Shown: piece by piece, positions 1 to 11,243 of the stretch
Position numbering within the stretch: position 1 is the stretch's first letter
How the letters are laid out: every line of letters starts with the position of its first letter
Assembly: GCA_019358935.1 (NCBI GenBank)
Contig: JAHHIK010000026.1
Location: 14,559-78,558 of the forward strand
Source of the DNA: Tolypothrix carrinoi HA7290-LM1
GTDB taxonomy: Bacteria; Cyanobacteriota; Cyanobacteriia; Cyanobacteriales; Nostocaceae
Length of the DNA stretch: 64,000 nt
Direction of reading: 5' to 3'
Notes under the pieces: model-generated
Told to the model about the DNA's origin: nothing
The model's database searches: none
The model's input: only the letters and a program-made list of their open reading frames with translations
Translations under genes and position numbers: made by a program

Positions 1-839
1 AATGCCCAAGCCATTGATGTTGATGTCGTTTCATATCCGGCAAGCATCAGGGTTATCAACTGATCGCGCAATTCCCGATCTGTCATCAGTTGATCTTCTT
101 CATCTCGAACTGACATCAACAAGGAGAGAATATCAATTTTCTCTGGATCGGGTTTCTCCCTGCGTTCAGCAATTTCAACATAGAGCAATTCATCAATTTG
201 CTGCCGATCGCGCAGAAATTTTCCCCAAGGACTCCAAGCTCCTAGATCTTTTTGTAAAAACGAGAAAAAGAATAAACTAGACGTGAGTGGAGATTTAAAA
301 GAATCCAACAGCAAGGGCATTAAATGCTTGAGTTGTTCGGATCTTCCTTTGTCATACACGCCGAAGACAGTTTGTAAGATAACTTGTAGCGATATATCCT
401 GTGTGATATTACGAGCCGAGAAGAGTTTGTTTAGTGGTAACTGACTAAGGATTTTTTCGGTCAGATTAGTGATTATCTGACCATAAGCTTGCATCCGTTC
501 TCCATGAAAGGAGGGCATCATAAGTTGTCGCTGTCGTTTGTGGCGATCGCCATCCAGCATTAGAAGTGAATAGTTCCCTACAAAGGGTTGCATAATTTTG
601 TTCAATTCACCAAGAGCGGCAAACTTCTTGCGATCGTTAGTTAGAATTTCTTGAATTGCCTGCGGATGATTCACGAACACCACAGTGTCCCCAAAACCAA
701 CTACCTCAGCAGTGAAAATGTCAGGAAATTCCTGACCTGCTTTTTCCATATATCCTACAGGGTCAGCAACCCACTGGAGCTTTTGAAGAAAAGAGGGGGT
801 TTTAAGAATATTGGGTAGTTGATGTGATTTTTTATGCAT
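1..839 (-). CDS. Cytochrome P450 (CYP110-like), 3' part runs off the window start
   Basis: Not in the ORF track. Manual translation from ATG 839 gives MHKKSHQLPNILKTPSFLQKLQWVADPVGYMEKA...SLLMLDGDRHKRQRQLMMPSFHGERM, a typical cyanobacterial P450 N-terminus and C-helix. It lies directly downstream of the terpene synthase. Confidence 0.9.
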   Translation of the reverse strand, partial: MHKKSHQLPNILKTPSFLQKLQWVADPVGYMEKAGQEFPDIFTAEVVGFGDTVVFVNHPQAIQEILTNDRKKFAALGELNKIMQPFVGNYSLLMLDGDRHKRQRQLMMPSFHGERMQAYGQIITNLTEKILSQLPLNKLFSARNITQDISLQVILQTVFGVYDKGRSEQLKHLMPLLLDSFKSPLTSSLFFFSFLQKDLGAWSPWGKFLRDRQQIDELLYVEIAERREKPDPEKIDILSLLMSVRDEEDQLMTDRELRDQLITLMLAGYETTSTSMAWA

Positions 840-910
840 AATTTTTGCTAATATTTTACCCGCACTTCTGGAATAATACCACTCTGCTTTGGATCTGCAA
901 TATTTAAGAT

Positions 911-945
911 TTCCCTAACCTCTTTGAGAAATGAGGTTAGGGGAA
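911..945. other. Hairpin between terpene synthase and P450
   Basis: Inverted repeat CCCTAACCTC...GAGGTTAGGG. Confidence 0.5.
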
Positions 946-1057
946 AATAAAGTATTCACAGAAAAATATTGGGTTTATCTGTGGTAAACTTTGGTGAAAT
1001 GGTATGACTATTGCTCAAAAAAGCCTGGAAAAATTTTCTGATTGAATTGGAAAAGAC

Positions 1058-2056
1058 TTAACATTTAAGTAGTTCTAAATCTTTTAGTTTTAAACTTTCT
1101 AGCTCTAAATTTTCTCTATTTTGATAGCGAGCAGAGCCAGAAGACCAATCGAGATTACCACGTATCCAGGCGTGCATTACGGATATGTATTTTGCTAGTT
1201 CAGCATCTACCTCTGACCCAAACAATGGAAGAGATTTTTCTAAACTCATCATTGTTCTTACATCTTGATCGTGCATATTAGCAGTTATGTGAAGCGCTTG
1301 TTCAATAGGCATTTCCTGATGATGATGCAAAACTAATATTAGATTGTGAACATCAGAATTTGCCTTTTCCCTGGATAGCGAAAAAATATCGTTACACCAA
1401 GTAATAATGTTAACTGTCATTAGTTTGAACTTGAGCACAATATCGTGCTTTCGTAAAAAATCTGGAATCATCAACTGATTACACAATTCACTCACTGTAA
1501 TGAAAAGATTTACCCCTACACTTGACCTACGTATTTTAAGATAAGTGTCTAGATCGGGCACAATTCCTTGTACGCGGCAAATAGCTTCTTGAACACATCC
1601 GTGGAAGTAATCTTCAAAACACCAAACTAAGTGATCGAAAGATTGTAAGCTTGATATTTCCAGTGTCCGCTGTCGTAAGTCTCTTAAAGCATAACAATGG
1701 AGTATATCCTTGCTCGTAGGTTCTGACCCATTTAATATTTCCAGAAATCTCTTGTGATGAGACTTTAGCAATTCAGGTTGTTTTTTTAATTCTGACAGAT
1801 CGCATTGGTCATCCCAAATAAAGACCCAACTCAACCAGTCATTTCCAATCTTCAGTTCTTCAAGTTGGCAGTTGGGGTATGCACCTGCGGCTAGTAAAAA
1901 AAACTTGGACTTGCGAAAACGCTGATAAACTGATTCATTGTGTAAGAGGTTGAAGCGACGCAGCCATTCCATTGAATAATCTTCCAAAACATCAGCATAC
2001 TTGTTTATTTGCGATGGAAATGGGCAGTATAATTCAGGCAGAATGAATTCGTTCAT
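1058..2056 (-). CDS. Class I (sesqui)terpene synthase
   Basis: DDQCD (DDxxD), NDIFSLSRE (NSE motif) and WSSGSARY (WxxxxxRY). Likely start is ATG 2056 (MNEFILPELYCPF) rather than 2236. Confidence 0.92.
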   Translation of the reverse strand: MNEFILPELYCPFPSQINKYADVLEDYSMEWLRRFNLLHNESVYQRFRKSKFFLLAAGAYPNCQLEELKIGNDWLSWVFIWDDQCDLSELKKQPELLKSHHKRFLEILNGSEPTSKDILHCYALRDLRQRTLEISSLQSFDHLVWCFEDYFHGCVQEAICRVQGIVPDLDTYLKIRRSSVGVNLFITVSELCNQLMIPDFLRKHDIVLKFKLMTVNIITWCNDIFSLSREKANSDVHNLILVLHHHQEMPIEQALHITANMHDQDVRTMMSLEKSLPLFGSEVDAELAKYISVMHAWIRGNLDWSSGSARYQNRENLELESLKLKDLELLKC

Positions 2057-3302
2057 AAAAACTCCAGGAATCAAAGGTAAACACACCAGAAAGGGAAACA
2101 CAATAAATTGACTTCTTGTTAATGCTTGGCAGATAACAGTTCGCTCTTTACAATTGAAAATCCCAAAAACTGGTATTATCAATTGTGGATCTCCAAAATT
2201 GAAACCCTGGCAACGCACCATCTTCCTTAGCCACAACAGAAGTTCACAAAAACTGAACCTAATTTGAAGAAATCTTTGTTCATATCTGCGAAACTCATTA
2301 CAATAAAGAAACGCAGAGAAGACAAACTAATCTTTTTAGGTTTATGCTTTTGTATTGTCAAATTTTCGGTAATAGAATAGGGCTAACTATTACCTCTTGT
2401 TCTCACTGAATGCGAGAATTTGTTTTATATTTATTGCCCAATATTTCAATGATTCAATTTTGACCTAAATCAACTACACCGCATTTTGTGAGCGCGTAAA
2501 ACTGAGCGTTTATGCTGCTAAATGTGGTGTTTGAATGTCAAAAGTTCATTGGTTTAATTCTAATGTTTTTATTAAAAATCGTATCCGTAATTAAGCTTAA
2601 TTGTAAAGATAATTTCACATATAAAGATACATCGTTACATTAAAGACATATACTGAAACATAGTACTTGATATAAAGTATTACAGTTTTTCTCAGAATCA
2701 CTGCTGTTTGTTTCAGAAGAAAAGTGCGATCGCCAAAATTTTTTTGACTGAAAAAGCCTGATTTCAAATAGTTACGGCTGTTTACAACAATTGAAAACGC
2801 CAATTTTCAAGTTTACTTAACTTTACAATTTTATGTTAAACAAATCACAATCTAAATTAGTATATTTTCCAAAATGTCAAAATTTCCTGACATAACCGCC
2901 GAAGAAAATGTTTTGTCATTTAGCAAAATCAGAAAATCTCTAACCGAAAATTTACAAATTATCTATCTATTTGTAGATGCGAAGGTATGTAACAGTCTTA
3001 AGTAATAAATTGAACATCAAGCAAATATGAGAATAAAAACAAGCAAAGATAATCCTAATTGATGATGACAAATTAACCCAGCTTGATGTATTGCATTAAC
3101 TACAAGCTAAAGAAAGAGCGTAGACGCTGCATCGGTGAGGCAGTCGCAGACAAGCGCGGTTTCCGTCGCTTAACCAGAATGCGCGATCGCTCTTTCAAAT
3201 CGTTAGATAGTGAAAATTGGTGTGGGTTTGGGAAAACTGAGTGAACAGGACAACCTTTAAGTTGCTTTGGTTCTTAGTTGCACTCAACACTCAGGTATAA
3301 AC

Positions 3303-6300
3303 ATGACAAACATCAATATTTCTCTTCCTGGCTATCGCATCCAAGGTGAGTTTATCTACTCCGGCAATAGAACTTTAGTTTATCGCGGGTTGCGGGAGTG
3401 CGATCGCCAACCTGTCATCATCAAACTGCTGAATAGCGAATATCCCAGTTTCAGCGAACTGGTGCAATTCCGCAACCAATATACTATTGCCAAAAATCTT
3501 AATATTCCTGGTATCGTCAAAGCCTACAACTTAGAAACCTACCGCAACAGCTATGCACTGGTGATGGAGGATTTTGGCGGTATTTCCCTCAAGGAGTGGA
3601 AAGTAGGGAAATCTGATTCTTTAAGTGAATTTTTGCACATAGCGATTCAAATTGTCTCTGCTTTAGAAGGACTGCATCGCGATCGCATTATTCATAAAGA
3701 CATCAAACCCGCGAATATTTTGATTAACACCTCTACAGGTGAAGTTAAACTGATCGACTTTAGCATAGCCTCCCTTTTGCCTAGAGAATTTCCAGAAATT
3801 CAAAATCCTAACATTCTCGAAGGTACTCTGGCTTATCTTTCTCCTGAACAAACCGGACGGATGAACCGAGGTATTGATTACCGCAGCGATTTTTATTCGC
3901 TTGGTGTCACTTTTTTTGAACTCCTCACCGGACAGTTACCATTTACTTCTAACGATCCGATGGAGTTAGTTCACTTTCATATTGCCAAGCTTGCACCTTT
4001 AGTTGAAGACTTGAATGCTTCAATTCCGCACATTTTGTCTTTAATCGTCAACAAGCTGATGGCGAAAAATGCCGAAGACCGCTATCAAAGTGCTTTCGGG
4101 TTAAAGTATGATTTGCAAGTATGCTTAAAGCAGTGCCAAGAGACTGGAAATATTGCCAACTTCGAGTTAGGAATGCGGGATGTATGCGATCGCTTCGTCA
4201 TTCCCGAAAAACTCTATGGTCGTGACAAAGAAGTCGCCACCTTATTAGCAGCATTTGACCGAGTATGTAGGGGCGAAATTACTCCACCCGGAGAAAATTT
4301 TGCAGAAATCTCAAATCACGCCACATGCTTCAACGGAGGTTCCCAAATCGAACTAATGCTAATAGCAGGATCTTCTGGTATTGGCAAAACTGTTGTTGTT
4401 AACGAAGTCCACAAACCCATCGTTAAACAGCGGGGTTACTTCATCAAAGGTAAATTTGACCAATTCCAACGTAACATTCCCTTTTTTGGATTTGTCCAAG
4501 CTTTTCAAGATTTAATTGAACAATTGCTAGGTGAAAATAATACCCAAATCGCCGCCTGGAAAACTAAAATTCTGACAGCATTAGGCGAAAATAGTCAAGT
4601 AATCATTGATGTTATCCCCGAACTCGAACGCATCATTGGCAAGCAATCGACTGTTCCGGAATTATCGGCAAGTGCAGCACAAAATCGGTTTAATTTGCTG
4701 TTCCAAAAGTTTATCCAAGTCTTCACCACACCAGAACATCCCTTAGTCATTTTTCTGGATGATTTGCAATGGGCAGATTTGGCTTCTTTCAAATTAATTC
4801 AACTATTAATGAGTCAAGCAGAAAAAGGTTATTTGCTGTTAATTGGTGCTTACCGAGATAATGAGGTTACTGCAACACATCGTTTAATGTTGACATTAGA
4901 TGAAATCAGTACAACTCAAGCAATAATCAACACCATTACTTTAACGCCTCTTCAACCTAGCGATTTAAATCATCTGATTGCTGACACCTTCAAATGTTCA
5001 TCAGAACTTACACAACCCCTCACAGAACTAGTCTATCAAAAAACCAAAGGTAATCCATTTTTTAGCAATCAATTTCTGAAATTATTGCATGAAGACAGAA
5101 TTATCAACTTTAACTTTGATGAAGGTTATTGGCAGTGTGATATAGCTCAAGTAAAAACCTTAGCTTTCAACGATGATGTAGTTGAGTTTATGGCGCTTCA
5201 GTTACAGAAGTTGCCAAACAGCACTCAAGAAATTTTGAAACTTGCCGCTTGTATTGGCAACCAATTTGACTTAGCCACTTTAGCAAGTGTGTCTGAAAAA
5301 TCTCAGGTAGAAGCGGCAACTGATTTATGGAAAGCATTGCAAGAAGGGTTAGTTTTCCCTACTAGCAAAGTTTACAAATTTTTTCAAGATGATAATCAAG
5401 ATACCAAATTACCAATTACCAATGACCAATTAGCAAATTATAAATTCCTTCATGACCGAGTGCAGCAAGCTGCTTATTTGCTCATTCCGTCAGACTGCAA
5501 ACAAGAAACTCACCTAAAAATTGGGCAATTATTGTTGAAAAATACTTTAGAAGCAGAACGAGAAGAGAGAATTTTTGAGATTGTTAATCAGTTGAATTAC
5601 GCGGTGGAAATAATCACCGTTCAGTCAGAAAAAGATGAACTGGCAAAGTTGAATTTGATAGCAGGACTTAAAGCTAAAGCTTCTACTGCCAATGCTGCTG
5701 CTGTTGAGTATTTGATTCTGGGAATAAAACTGCTTTCTGTTAATAGTTGGGAAACGAACTACGACTTAAGTCTAGCACTACATGAAACAGCAGCAGAAGC
5801 GGCATTCCTCAGCGGCGACTTTGAGCAGATGAAGCAATTATCACAAGTTGTGCTGCAACAAGCGAAGAACCTGTTAGATAAAGTGAAAGTTTATGAAATC
5901 CAAATCGTTGCTTGTATAGTCCAAAGTCAACAACTAGAAGCAATTCAAATAGGGCTATCTATTCTGAAGTTGTTAGGAATCGAACTACCAGATAAACCAT
6001 TAGAATCAGATTTTACACAGGCATTAGAGGAAGTTACAACCAGTTTGCAAGGTAAAGAAATTGAGGAGTTAATTGAATTACCTCCGATGATTGAACTTAA
6101 TTGCAAAGCAGCGCTACGGCTTTTATCAAGTATGTACCCTGCTGCCCAGCAAGCTGTTCCTGAACTGATGCTACTGATTACATTTAAGATGGTCTATTTA
6201 TCAGTTAAATATGGAAATGCTCCTGAGTCTAGTTTTGCTTATATCAGCTACGGGATGCTTCTTTGCGAAATTTTCGGAGACATAAATTCCGGCTATAGGT

Positions 6301-8747
6301 TTGGCAAACTTGCTCTTTTGCTATCAGATAGATTAAATATCAAAGCATTGAAAGCTAAGGTAATTGCTATGTTTGCTAGCTTTATGCATCATTTGCAAGA
6401 GCATTTAAGCTTGAATTTATCCCGTTGTGTTGAAGTCTATAAGAGCGCACATGAAGCCGGAGATTTAGAATTTGCTGGCTATTCTATCTGTCAATATGGT
6501 TTCCATTTATTATGGGCTGGTAAGGAACTTGAGATGGTAGAAAAAGAAATGGCTACCTATAATCAGGTACTCAGTTCCATTAAACTACAGGCAGCCCAAA
6601 CTTACCACAAAATTCATTGGCAAACAGTTCTTAACTTGCTCTTAAAGGCGGAGAATCACTTTTGTTTAATTGGTACTGCCTACAATGAAAAATTCATGAT
6701 TCCCGTACATCAAAGTGCCAACGATTTTGTTGCGCTTGGCTTTCTTTATATTTGTAAGCTAACACTAGCTTATCTGTTTTGCGAATATCAAGAAGCCGAG
6801 AAAAATCTAGAATTTGCAAATAAATATTTTACTGCTGTGAAGGGATTTATCTGTATCCCTATATTTCATTTGTATGATTCTCTAACTAGATTGGCAGTTT
6901 TCAATAATGTTTCCCATTCTCAGCAAAATAGCGCCCTTAGCAAAGTACAATTCAATCAAGATAAATTGAAAAAATGGGCGGATCGTGCCCCGATGAACTA
7001 CTTACATAAATATTATTTAGTTGAGGCAGAACGACATCGGGTTTTAGGTGAATATGTTCAAGCGATGGAAATGTACGATCGCGCAATTTCCCTCGCTCGC
7101 ATGAATGAATACGTCAACGAAGAAGCTTTAGCCAACGAACTCACTGCTAAATTCTACCTAGAATGGGGCAAAGAGAAAATCGCCCAAGTCTATCTTATCG
7201 ATGCCTACTATGCTTATGCTCGTTGGGGAGCAAAAGCCAAAATTAACGACTTAGAAAAACGCTATCCACAATTTCTCTCCCCCATTCTCAATCGAGAAAA
7301 AATCAGCCGCAAGGACGATGCAAGTATTTGCAAACTAACAACTGGAACCGTCACTGCTAGCAGCACAAGTGGTTCATCTCTTTTAGATATGGCAACAGTG
7401 ATGAAAGCATATCAAGCTCTTTCTAGCGAAATTGAACTTGATAAGTTAATCTTCACTTTGATGCAAGTAGTAATTGAAAATTCTGGAGCCGAAAGAGGTG
7501 CTTTGCTCAGATTGCAATCGGATAATTTAGTTGTGGAAGCCACCGGAAATATCGACCGGGAAAAAATTGTTATTACTGATAATCATCAGATTCCTCACAC
7601 CGTTATCAACTATGTACAACGCACTCAGCAAACTATAGTTATCAACGATATTGCAGTTGAAACAAAATTTGCTAATGACCCTTACATAATCGAGCATCAA
7701 CCCAAGAGTGTTTTGTGTACTCCCATCCTGAATCAAGGCAAACTAATCAGCATTCTCTATTTAGAGAATAATTTGACGAAGAAAGCATTTACAAGCGATC
7801 GCATTCAAATTATCAACTTACTTTGCTCCCAAGCTGCTATCTGTTTAGAAAATGCTCGTCTTTATCAGCAGTCTCAAGAATCCCTGGAAAATCTGAAGCA
7901 AATGCAACTTCAACTAGTGCAAAGTGAGAAAATGTCTGCTTTGGGTAACTTAGTTGCAGGTGTAGCACACGAAATCAATAACCCGATTGGCTTCATATCG
8001 GGTAACTTGCAACCTGCTGTTGATTACGTGCAGGATTTGTTTAACTTGATTGACCTTTATCAAGAGCATTATCCCACCCCTGTAGCTGCAATTGAGTCAG
8101 AAATCGAAATTATTGACCTAGAATATCTGCGCTCAGATTTACCCAAACTCCTAACTACAATGAAAGAGGGAGTTAAGCGTATTCGTCATATCAGCGCTAG
8201 CTTGCGAACCTTTTCTCGTGCTGATAGCGATCGCCCAGTTTCTTGTAATATCCATGATGGCATCGACAGCACTATTTTGATTCTCAAACATCGCATAAAA
8301 GCTAACGAAACTCGTCCCGCGATTGAAGTAGTAACAAATTATGGTAATTTGCCTTCAATAGAATGCTACCCCGGACAACTCAATCAGGTATTTATGAATT
8401 TGTTAGCTAATGCTATTGATGCTTTAGAAGAGTTTAATATCGGGCGTAGTTTTAGTGAAATTAAAGCAAATCCCAATCAAATTACAATTAAAACCAGTTT
8501 AAATCAAGATAAAAATCATGTCTTGATTTTTATTAAAGATAATGGTTTGGGAATGTCAGATGAAGTCAAGCAAAAAGTTTTTGACCATTTATTTACTACG
8601 AAACCTGTAGGACAAGGGACAGGATTAGGGTTAGCGATCGCAAAGTCTATCGTTGTCGAAAAACACGGTGGAACCTTAGAGGTAAAGTCATCACCGAAAG
8701 AAGGTGCCGAGTTTGCAATTACAATTCCCATACAGGATAAGAATTGA
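3303..8747 (+). CDS. Multidomain Ser/Thr kinase - AAA ATPase - GAF - histidine kinase
   Basis: HKDIKPAN/DFS kinase motifs, Walker A GSSGIGKT, Walker B LVIFLDD, GAF region, H-box VAHEINNP and HATPase DNGLG/GTGLGL. Start is 3303 (ATG) or 3267. Confidence 0.93.
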   Translation: MTNINISLPGYRIQGEFIYSGNRTLVYRGLRECDRQPVIIKLLNSEYPSFSELVQFRNQYTIAKNLNIPGIVKAYNLETYRNSYALVMEDFGGISLKEWKVGKSDSLSEFLHIAIQIVSALEGLHRDRIIHKDIKPANILINTSTGEVKLIDFSIASLLPREFPEIQNPNILEGTLAYLSPEQTGRMNRGIDYRSDFYSLGVTFFELLTGQLPFTSNDPMELVHFHIAKLAPLVEDLNASIPHILSLIVNKLMAKNAEDRYQSAFGLKYDLQVCLKQCQETGNIANFELGMRDVCDRFVIPEKLYGRDKEVATLLAAFDRVCRGEITPPGENFAEISNHATCFNGGSQIELMLIAGSSGIGKTVVVNEVHKPIVKQRGYFIKGKFDQFQRNIPFFGFVQAFQDLIEQLLGENNTQIAAWKTKILTALGENSQVIIDVIPELERIIGKQSTVPELSASAAQNRFNLLFQKFIQVFTTPEHPLVIFLDDLQWADLASFKLIQLLMSQAEKGYLLLIGAYRDNEVTATHRLMLTLDEISTTQAIINTITLTPLQPSDLNHLIADTFKCSSELTQPLTELVYQKTKGNPFFSNQFLKLLHEDRIINFNFDEGYWQCDIAQVKTLAFNDDVVEFMALQLQKLPNSTQEILKLAACIGNQFDLATLASVSEKSQVEAATDLWKALQEGLVFPTSKVYKFFQDDNQDTKLPITNDQLANYKFLHDRVQQAAYLLIPSDCKQETHLKIGQLLLKNTLEAEREERIFEIVNQLNYAVEIITVQSEKDELAKLNLIAGLKAKASTANAAAVEYLILGIKLLSVNSWETNYDLSLALHETAAEAAFLSGDFEQMKQLSQVVLQQAKNLLDKVKVYEIQIVACIVQSQQLEAIQIGLSILKLLGIELPDKPLESDFTQALEEVTTSLQGKEIEELIELPPMIELNCKAALRLLSSMYPAAQQAVPELMLLITFKMVYLSVKYGNAPESSFAYISYGMLLCEIFGDINSGYRFGKLALLLSDRLNIKALKAKVIAMFASFMHHLQEHLSLNLSRCVEVYKSAHEAGDLEFAGYSICQYGFHLLWAGKELEMVEKEMATYNQVLSSIKLQAAQTYHKIHWQTVLNLLLKAENHFCLIGTAYNEKFMIPVHQSANDFVALGFLYICKLTLAYLFCEYQEAEKNLEFANKYFTAVKGFICIPIFHLYDSLTRLAVFNNVSHSQQNSALSKVQFNQDKLKKWADRAPMNYLHKYYLVEAERHRVLGEYVQAMEMYDRAISLARMNEYVNEEALANELTAKFYLEWGKEKIAQVYLIDAYYAYARWGAKAKINDLEKRYPQFLSPILNREKISRKDDASICKLTTGTVTASSTSGSSLLDMATVMKAYQALSSEIELDKLIFTLMQVVIENSGAERGALLRLQSDNLVVEATGNIDREKIVITDNHQIPHTVINYVQRTQQTIVINDIAVETKFANDPYIIEHQPKSVLCTPILNQGKLISILYLENNLTKKAFTSDRIQIINLLCSQAAICLENARLYQQSQESLENLKQMQLQLVQSEKMSALGNLVAGVAHEINNPIGFISGNLQPAVDYVQDLFNLIDLYQEHYPTPVAAIESEIEIIDLEYLRSDLPKLLTTMKEGVKRIRHISASLRTFSRADSDRPVSCNIHDGIDSTILILKHRIKANETRPAIEVVTNYGNLPSIECYPGQLNQVFMNLLANAIDALEEFNIGRSFSEIKANPNQITIKTSLNQDKNHVLIFIKDNGLGMSDEVKQKVFDHLFTTKPVGQGTGLGLAIAKSIVVEKHGGTLEVKSSPKEGAEFAITIPIQDKN

Positions 8748-8804
8748 GAATTGGGAATTGGTAATGGGTAATGGGTAATTGGTAATTGGTAATGGGGAAT
8801 TGGG
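8746..8804. repeat. STRR heptamer tandem array
   Basis: GGTAAT(G/T)G and GGGAATT repeats. Confidence 0.85.
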
Positions 8805-9170
8805 ATGACAAGACCAGATTTTGAAAAATTGGAAGTTTATAGATTAGCTGAGAAACTTGCCAATCAAATTTGGCATATAGTTCAACAATGGGACTACTTT
8901 GCTAAAGATACTATTGGCAAGCAAATTGTCCGCGCTGCTGATAGCGTCTGTGCCAACATAGCAGAGGGGCGAGGACGTTATAATTATCAAGATAATCGGC
9001 GTTTTCTAAAAATTGCCAGAGGTTCTTTGTATGAAACAATCAACTGGCTGAGACTAGCTTACGCTCGCAAGTTATTGACCGATGAACAGGTAAGCAAGTT
9101 TAAACCAATCCTTGACGAACTACCACCTAAGTTAAACGCTTACCTAAATTCTATAGGAAATAGGGAATAG
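8805..9170 (+). CDS. Four-helix-bundle protein (23S rRNA IVS/S23 family)
   Basis: FEKLEVY...QIVRAADSVCANIAEGRGR...FLKIARGSLYE signature. Confidence 0.9.
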   Translation: MTRPDFEKLEVYRLAEKLANQIWHIVQQWDYFAKDTIGKQIVRAADSVCANIAEGRGRYNYQDNRRFLKIARGSLYETINWLRLAYARKLLTDEQVSKFKPILDELPPKLNAYLNSIGNRE

Positions 9171-9392
9171 GGAATTGGGAATTGGGAATGGGGAATTGGT
9201 AATTGGGAATGGGGAATTGGTAATTGGGAATAGGGAATAGGGAATTGGTAATAGGGAATAGGGAATTGAGAATTGGTAATTGGTAATTGGTAATTGAGAA
9301 TTGGTAATTGGTAATAGTGATGTGCGTTTTTTCCATTACCCATTACCCATTACCCATTACCAATTCCCCATTACCCATTCCCCATTCCCCAT
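9156..9392. repeat. Two opposed STRR heptamer arrays between convergent genes
   Basis: GGGAAT(A/T/G) and GGTAATT array, followed by the complementary CCCATTA/CCCATTC array. Confidence 0.9.
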
Positions 9393-10955
9393 TTACAACT
9401 TTTCTGGCTGCTCGGAATTAACAGCACTTACCTGAGCTTTAACAACCATTCCTGGTTGCAAAAATGGAGTATTAGCAACGGAATTGTTAGCCAAGGTAAA
9501 CAAGGGATTTGACAAAATACCCGCGATAGAAGTCGCGATTAAAGTTACTATCAAACCTACTTGCAAAGGTCTAAATCCAGGCAAATTCCAACGCACTTCG
9601 GGATAATTCTTCACCGCGTCGGACATTTCTTGAGGTTCTTTGACTACCATCATTTTGACTACGCGAATGTAGTAGTAGATGGAAACAACGCTGGTAACTA
9701 AACCTAGCAAGACTAGCCAATAAAGCCCAGCTTGCCAACCAGCCCAGAAGATGTAAATTTTGCCAAAGAATCCCGCTAGCGGTGGAATCCCACCCAAGGA
9801 AAGCAAGGAAATACTTAATCCCAAAGTCAGCAGTGCATCTTTTTGATACAAGCCTGAGTATTCGGCGATCTGGTCGGTTCCCGTCCGCAGCGAGAAGAGA
9901 ATCACGCAAGTAAAGCCGCACAAGTTCATAAACAGGTAAACCAGCATGTAAAAAATCATACTGGAATATCCCGCTTGCGTGCCAGAAATCAAGCCAATCA
10001 TCACAAACCCAGCTTGGGCAATAGATGAATAAGCTAGCATCCGTTTCATGCTGGTTTGGGCAAGGGCAACTACGTTACCCAAAATCATACTCAGAACTGC
10101 GAGGGCAATGAAGACGAATCTCCACTCGTTCACAGCTAGGGGGAAGACTGTTGTTAGCAAGCGGATGGCTAAGGCAAATCCGGCGGCTTTGGAACCGACA
10201 GATAAAAAGGCAATCACAGGTGTGGGAGCGCCTTCGTAAACGTCTGGTGTCCACTGGTGGAAGGGCGCGGCGGAGATTTTGAAGCCAATACCTGCGATCG
10301 CGAAAACCAGCGAAATCACCAAACCTAAAGATTGACCAAGGTTTGCTGTGGCAATACCCGACGCGATCGCATTAAATTCTGTTTGTCCGCCCGATAACCC
10401 ATACAGCAGCGAAACACCATACAAAAATACTGCTGTACTTGAGGCACCAATCAACAGGTATTTTAGCGCCGCTTCATTAGAGCGAGTGTCACGCTTGGTA
10501 TAACCTGTGAGCAAATAAGAGGAGATACTCAGGGTTTCTAAGGAGATGAAAGTCATCACCAACTCATTTGCCCCAGAGAGAAACATCCCTCCTAGGGTAG
10601 CTGTGAGCAAAATAGCGATGAATTCTGCTAAAGCGGTGCCACTCTGCTCAACGTAGCGAATAGACATCAGAATGGTAACGATCGCAGACAAAGCAATGAT
10701 CCCGCGAAAGACGATGCTCAGATCGTCGCCGTTAAAGCCACCGCTAAACGAGATGGGATTGACATTATCCCATTGAAAATAGAGGGCGACGATGGAGCTA
10801 AATAAACCTGCGATCGCCAGATATCCAATCCAGCGTGCGGATGTACGCCCCAAAATCAAATCAACAATCAAAACCGTCATCAGGGTGATAATCACAATCC
10901 CCTCTGGCAGTATTGTTCCAGCGTTTAACGCTGATGCAAGATTAGCAAAATCCAT
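9393..10955 (-). CDS. ndhB: NAD(P)H-quinone oxidoreductase subunit 2 (NdhB/NuoN)
   Basis: [60 protein letters not shown]. Confidence 0.97.
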   Translation of the reverse strand: MDFANLASALNAGTILPEGIVIITLMTVLIVDLILGRTSARWIGYLAIAGLFSSIVALYFQWDNVNPISFSGGFNGDDLSIVFRGIIALSAIVTILMSIRYVEQSGTALAEFIAILLTATLGGMFLSGANELVMTFISLETLSISSYLLTGYTKRDTRSNEAALKYLLIGASSTAVFLYGVSLLYGLSGGQTEFNAIASGIATANLGQSLGLVISLVFAIAGIGFKISAAPFHQWTPDVYEGAPTPVIAFLSVGSKAAGFALAIRLLTTVFPLAVNEWRFVFIALAVLSMILGNVVALAQTSMKRMLAYSSIAQAGFVMIGLISGTQAGYSSMIFYMLVYLFMNLCGFTCVILFSLRTGTDQIAEYSGLYQKDALLTLGLSISLLSLGGIPPLAGFFGKIYIFWAGWQAGLYWLVLLGLVTSVVSIYYYIRVVKMMVVKEPQEMSDAVKNYPEVRWNLPGFRPLQVGLIVTLIATSIAGILSNPLFTLANNSVANTPFLQPGMVVKAQVSAVNSEQPEKL

Positions 10956-11131
10956 GATATGTATAGGTTTTGGCGATTAGACATTCAGGCTAACTCTGTT
11001 CACTCTAGCAATTTTCGCGCCTGAAGTTGCATAAAAAATAGTAGCTTGTCGTTACTACATACCACTATTGTGCTGTCTAATTAAATTATGTTGAAATTTA
11101 CCTTTGGTAATTCAAAAATAAAAATAACAAT

Positions 11132-11164
11132 AAGCAGTTCAGTTATCTGCTGAACTGCTTGTTT
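11132..11164. terminator. Probable terminator hairpin downstream of rbp
   Basis: AGCAGTTCAG-ttatctg-CTGAACTGCT inverted repeat with A/T flanks. Confidence 0.6.
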
Positions 11165-11243
11165 TAGACTAAATTAGGCTTGACAAAAGCATCTAAATGC
11201 TTTCAGCAATATTTGCTACGTTTGCTCTTATTGACTTGAAGAC

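Noticed and set aside
2..280. Plus-strand 92-aa ORF and other short ORFs antisense to or nested in long genes
   Set aside because: These are shadow ORFs of well-supported genes, here the minus-strand P450.
2834..2849. CRP-like site TGTTA-N6-TCACA
   Set aside because: It has one mismatch, lies in very AT-rich DNA and has no positional support.
8805..9170. Avd component of a diversity-generating retroelement
   Set aside because: There is no reverse transcriptase or TR/VR repeat pair in the window.
9140..9343. ORFs built on STRR and 9-mer arrays (also 13199-13549, 16254-16580, 25422-25717, 27701-27960, 47027-47410)
   Set aside because: These are low-complexity translations of tandem repeats that lack stops by construction.
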